The position numbers and the translations under genes were made by a program. Shown here in pieces: positions 17,055-20,000 of a stretch of DNA of 20,000 nt. Origin of the DNA: an uncultured virus (IMG/VR IMGVR_UViG_3300025127_000021) (Duplodnaviria; Heunggongvirae; Uroviricota; Caudoviricetes); IMG/VR virus record IMGVR_UViG_3300025127_000021; one strand, written 5' to 3'. The stretch's first letter is position 1. Every line of letters starts with the position of its first letter. The notes below the pieces were generated by a model. The model was not told the DNA's origin. It saw nothing but the letters and a program-made list of their open reading frames with translations, and did no database searches.

Positions 17055-17284
17055 TGTATACTCTAGACCTACACGGAGTCGTTCATGAAGAAGTTGAGTC
17101 CAAATGTCACCGCTTCATAAATAAGCATTGGGACAATCAACTGACCATTATTACAGGTCACTCTCCAGCTATGAAATTAATTGTTTGTAAAGTTATAGAA
17201 CAATACAACCTACAATATATAGTTGGTGGAATCACAGGAAGCGAAGGATATATCAAAATATTTACGGGAGGAATAAATGTTTAA
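17054..17284 (+). CDS. Stand-alone Smr (small MutS-related) domain protein, 76 aa
   Basis: TLDLHG at the N-terminus, IITGHS mid-protein, and G-x-hydrophobic strand (EGYIKI) at the end give the Smr pattern. GTG start overlaps the primase TAG (TAGTG). Confidence 0.75.
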   Translation: MYTLDLHGVVHEEVESKCHRFINKHWDNQLTIITGHSPAMKLIVCKVIEQYNLQYIVGGITGSEGYIKIFTGGINV

Positions 17285-20000
17285 GATAGCTCACTTGGGT
17301 GATACCCATATAAGAAACTTGAAATACCATCAGGAATATCGCATAGTATTCAAGGAATTGTACAAAGAATTGAAGGCAGAAAAGCCAGACTATATCGTCC
17401 ACTGCGGAGATATAGCCCACACAAAAACACAACTCAGTCCAGAGTATTTTCAGTTAGCCTCCGAGTTCCTCTCGGAGCTTTCTGCTATTGCACCTCTAAT
17501 TGTCATTCTTGGTAATCATGATGGCAATCTCAAGAACGAGAACAGAGAAGATGCAATCACACCTATTGTTGATGCTCTTGACAATCCACGCATTACTCTG
17601 CTTAAGAACTCCGGTGAATATAGCCCCGAAAGTGGTCTAACATTTAATGTATTAAGCGTGTTCGACAGGTCTAATTGGATCAAGCCATCATCGGACCAAT
17701 CAATCAACATAGCTTTATATCATGGCTCAATAAGCGGATGTATGACCGATTCCGGCTGGACTATGGATCATGGCGAGGACGAAGCAACCATCTTCAATGA
17801 TCATGACTATGCTCTTCTTGGTGATATTCACAAGCCACAGTTTCTTGATAGAGAACGCAAGGTTGGCTACTGTGGTTCAACCATCCAGCAAAACTTTGGA
17901 GAATCACAAGACAAAGGTTACATGCTGTGGGAGATCAAAGATAAAAATAATCATAAGGTCTCGCATCGGTCACTGTACCACCCCAAGCCATTTGTCACCG
18001 TGACCCTCAATGATGATGGTACTCTACCAGAAGCCAACGTGCCAAAGTATTGTAGACTTCGCTTGGTTACCCCACGAAACATGCCAATAAGCAAACTTCG
18101 CAAGGCAACCGACATGGCCAAGGTAAAGTGGCGCCCATATAGTGTTGCGTTCTTAAACCGTGGCAATGTGGTATCTTCTAGCCAAAAGACGGACACTTCT
18201 GCGGTAACAGAGAACTTACGAGACCTCAAGGTACAAGAAAAGCATATAAGAGAATACCTAAAGGACTACCAGCTAGAAGAGGCAGTAATCCAAGAGGTGA
18301 TAGCACACAACCTCAAGTACAACCGCCTAGCAACTGAGAACGAAGAAATAAGTAGAAACGTTGTGTGGCGCATTAAGGAGATTGGATGGGATAACCTCTT
18401 CAACTATGGCGGAGATAACAAAATAAACTTTGAAAAACTAAGAGGTCTGGTTGGCATATTCGGAAAGAACTACTCGGGTAAGTCATCAATCATTGACTCT
18501 ATCTTGTTTACTATGTTCAACTCTACGTCGAAAGGTGAACGCAAGAACGTACACATCGTAAACCAGAACAAACAAAGTGCAAAAGGTAAGGTAAAGATCG
18601 AGATAGGAAATGAACTGGTGGAGATCTCACGTAACTTAAACAAGTATGAAAAGAAGCTAAAGGGAAAAGTTACGACCGAGGCAAAGACAGATTTAAATTT
18701 CTATAACGCCACACAGGACGAATCGCTAAACGGCACAACTAGGAACGAAACAGATGCAAATATAAGAAAGCACATCGGAACTATGGACGACTTCCTGCTG
18801 ACCTCTATGGCTTCTCAGTTGGATTCACTTGCATTTGTTAAGGAGGGTTCGACCAAGCGTAAGGAGATCTTGGCTAAGTTCTTGGACCTTGAGTTATTTG
18901 ACAAGAAGTTTAAGATGGCTAAGAAGGACGCTGCCGAGATGAGAGGTGTGCTTAAGCGACTACAAGACAAATCTTGGGCTGTCGAGATACAAAGAGCACA
19001 AGAGTCTTTAAGCCAGATACGATCAGAGATAAACGAAAAGTCTGCGAAATGTGAAGAAATTAACTCGGTATTGACACGTCGACAGTTAGAGTTGAAAGAA
19101 TTAGAAAAACAAATCGACTCGGCGCCTGTCGAGTCAATAGATATTGTCAAGATCCTTTCTGAGCTTGAAAGTCTTGAGACCCAAGCGAAATCAAATATAA
19201 AGACTAAAGTCACATCAATGTCACAAATAAAGGAGAACAAAGAATTAGCAACCGAATTGCAAATTGAACTCCGTCACATTCCAGTTGATAAGTTAAGAAA
19301 GTTAAAGGGCCGGTCCTTAGAGCTTGCTGAAGACAAAAGAAAAAACCAATCAAAGCTAAAACTTTTAAATTCTCAAATCGAGAATTTAGAAAAAAAGATT
19401 GCCATGCTTGAAAACCACAAATATGATCCAAACTGTGAGTACTGTACGAATAACAAGTTTGTTAAGGATGCAATGATGGCCATGGATATTTTACCCCAAC
19501 TAAGACAGCAGTATGCAGAACTTGGTGAATTGATACAAGGTTTGACTGAGAAACTATCAATTATGGATATATCTGAGATTGAGGAAAGAATCTCTAAGTA
19601 TGAGAGTCTGGAGCAGAGAGTTCAAAGCAGTTTAGCCGAGGTCAAACAACTGGAGCATAAGATAGAAAAAATAAATCTTAAAAGCGATTCTATAGCAGCA
19701 CAGTATCAAGAGTTGAATCGTAAGAAAGATTTGTATGAAGAAAACAAAGAGACCATCGAGAATCTTGGCGCCCTTAACAATGATCGAAGATCTTTAGAAA
19801 AGATGATCGAGAAGAAGACTAAGGAGTTGGATACATGCAATTCTAAGCTTCAACACCTATATATTGAACAGGGCTCTGAAACAACAATGTTGAAAACTCT
19901 GAGGTCAAACCAAGAAGAGTTAGAAAAAATGGAAGCCCAATGGACAGCTTATGATCTTTTCATGCAGTGCATGCACCCCAACGGTATACCTTATAATATT
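17277..20000 (+). CDS. SbcD/Mre11 nuclease - SbcC/Rad50 SMC ATPase fusion protein, 3'-partial (>908 aa); not in the supplied ORF track
   Basis: GGAGG at 17267-17271, ATG at 17277. Manual translation: MFKIAHLGDTHIR, HCGDIAH, ILGNHDG, LYHG, LLGDIHK, YCGSTIQQNFGE (metallophosphoesterase motifs), continuing without a stop into WRIKEIGWDNLFNYG, Walker A GKNYSGKS (18462-18485), Q-loop-like SMASQ, coiled coil, zinc hook CEYC (19434-19445) and a return coil, still in frame at the window end (...MHPNGIPYNI). Confidence 0.93.
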   Translation, partial: MFKIAHLGDTHIRNLKYHQEYRIVFKELYKELKAEKPDYIVHCGDIAHTKTQLSPEYFQLASEFLSELSAIAPLIVILGNHDGNLKNENREDAITPIVDALDNPRITLLKNSGEYSPESGLTFNVLSVFDRSNWIKPSSDQSINIALYHGSISGCMTDSGWTMDHGEDEATIFNDHDYALLGDIHKPQFLDRERKVGYCGSTIQQNFGESQDKGYMLWEIKDKNNHKVSHRSLYHPKPFVTVTLNDDGTLPEANVPKYCRLRLVTPRNMPISKLRKATDMAKVKWRPYSVAFLNRGNVVSSSQKTDTSAVTENLRDLKVQEKHIREYLKDYQLEEAVIQEVIAHNLKYNRLATENEEISRNVVWRIKEIGWDNLFNYGGDNKINFEKLRGLVGIFGKNYSGKSSIIDSILFTMFNSTSKGERKNVHIVNQNKQSAKGKVKIEIGNELVEISRNLNKYEKKLKGKVTTEAKTDLNFYNATQDESLNGTTRNETDANIRKHIGTMDDFLLTSMASQLDSLAFVKEGSTKRKEILAKFLDLELFDKKFKMAKKDAAEMRGVLKRLQDKSWAVEIQRAQESLSQIRSEINEKSAKCEEINSVLTRRQLELKELEKQIDSAPVESIDIVKILSELESLETQAKSNIKTKVTSMSQIKENKELATELQIELRHIPVDKLRKLKGRSLELAEDKRKNQSKLKLLNSQIENLEKKIAMLENHKYDPNCEYCTNNKFVKDAMMAMDILPQLRQQYAELGELIQGLTEKLSIMDISEIEERISKYESLEQRVQSSLAEVKQLEHKIEKINLKSDSIAAQYQELNRKKDLYEENKETIENLGALNNDRRSLEKMIEKKTKELDTCNSKLQHLYIEQGSETTMLKTLRSNQEELEKMEAQWTAYDLFMQCMHPNGIPYNI

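Noticed and set aside
454..19431. Numerous 60-141 aa alternative-frame and minus-strand ORFs in the track
   Set aside because: All lie within or across longer + strand genes, lack RBS or recognisable motifs, and read as shadow ORFs; those at 17516-19431 are shadows of the SbcDC fusion.
1..20000. Stop-codon reassignment, as seen in some large phages
   Set aside because: TAA, TAG (5264, 13744, 17054) and TGA (16084) all end genes right at the next start or promoter, and coding density is near complete under code 11.
17277..20000. Eukaryotic giant virus origin suggested by the Mre11-Rad50 fusion
   Set aside because: Sigma70 promoters, Shine-Dalgarno sites, overlapping operon-like genes and a DnaG-type primase indicate a bacteriophage.
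1..20000. CRISPR array, tRNA, intron/intein or DGR repeat pair
   Set aside because: Intergenic gaps are at most ~35 bp, no periodic or long duplicated DNA repeats were seen by eye, and primase and SbcDC motifs are normally spaced with no splice-junction signatures.

Overview
Gene-dense segment with every credible gene on the + strand, most likely from a large (jumbo/huge-type) tailed dsDNA bacteriophage using the standard bacterial genetic code. Positions 1-14973 hold a tightly coupled run of seven putative virion (tail/baseplate-region) genes: a 5'-truncated >1750-aa protein and 368, 1062, 682, 319, 373 and 408-aa proteins, which include two internal paralog pairs. Positions 14998-20000 hold a replication/recombination module: RuvC-like resolvase, a 169-aa putative head-packaged protein, DnaG/TOPRIM primase, a stand-alone Smr-domain protein, and an ORF missing from the supplied track (17277 to >20000) that fuses SbcD/Mre11 nuclease and SbcC/Rad50 ATPase in one frame. 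Regulatory highlights are two perfect sigma70 promoters positioned to give leaderless mRNAs (resolvase, primase) and a second shared motif (ACTAWTTATA...TTTACTA(A)TG), probably a phage late promoter, before two other genes. No tRNA, CRISPR array, IS element or intein was recognised. All functional calls come from motif reading by eye; no database search was run.
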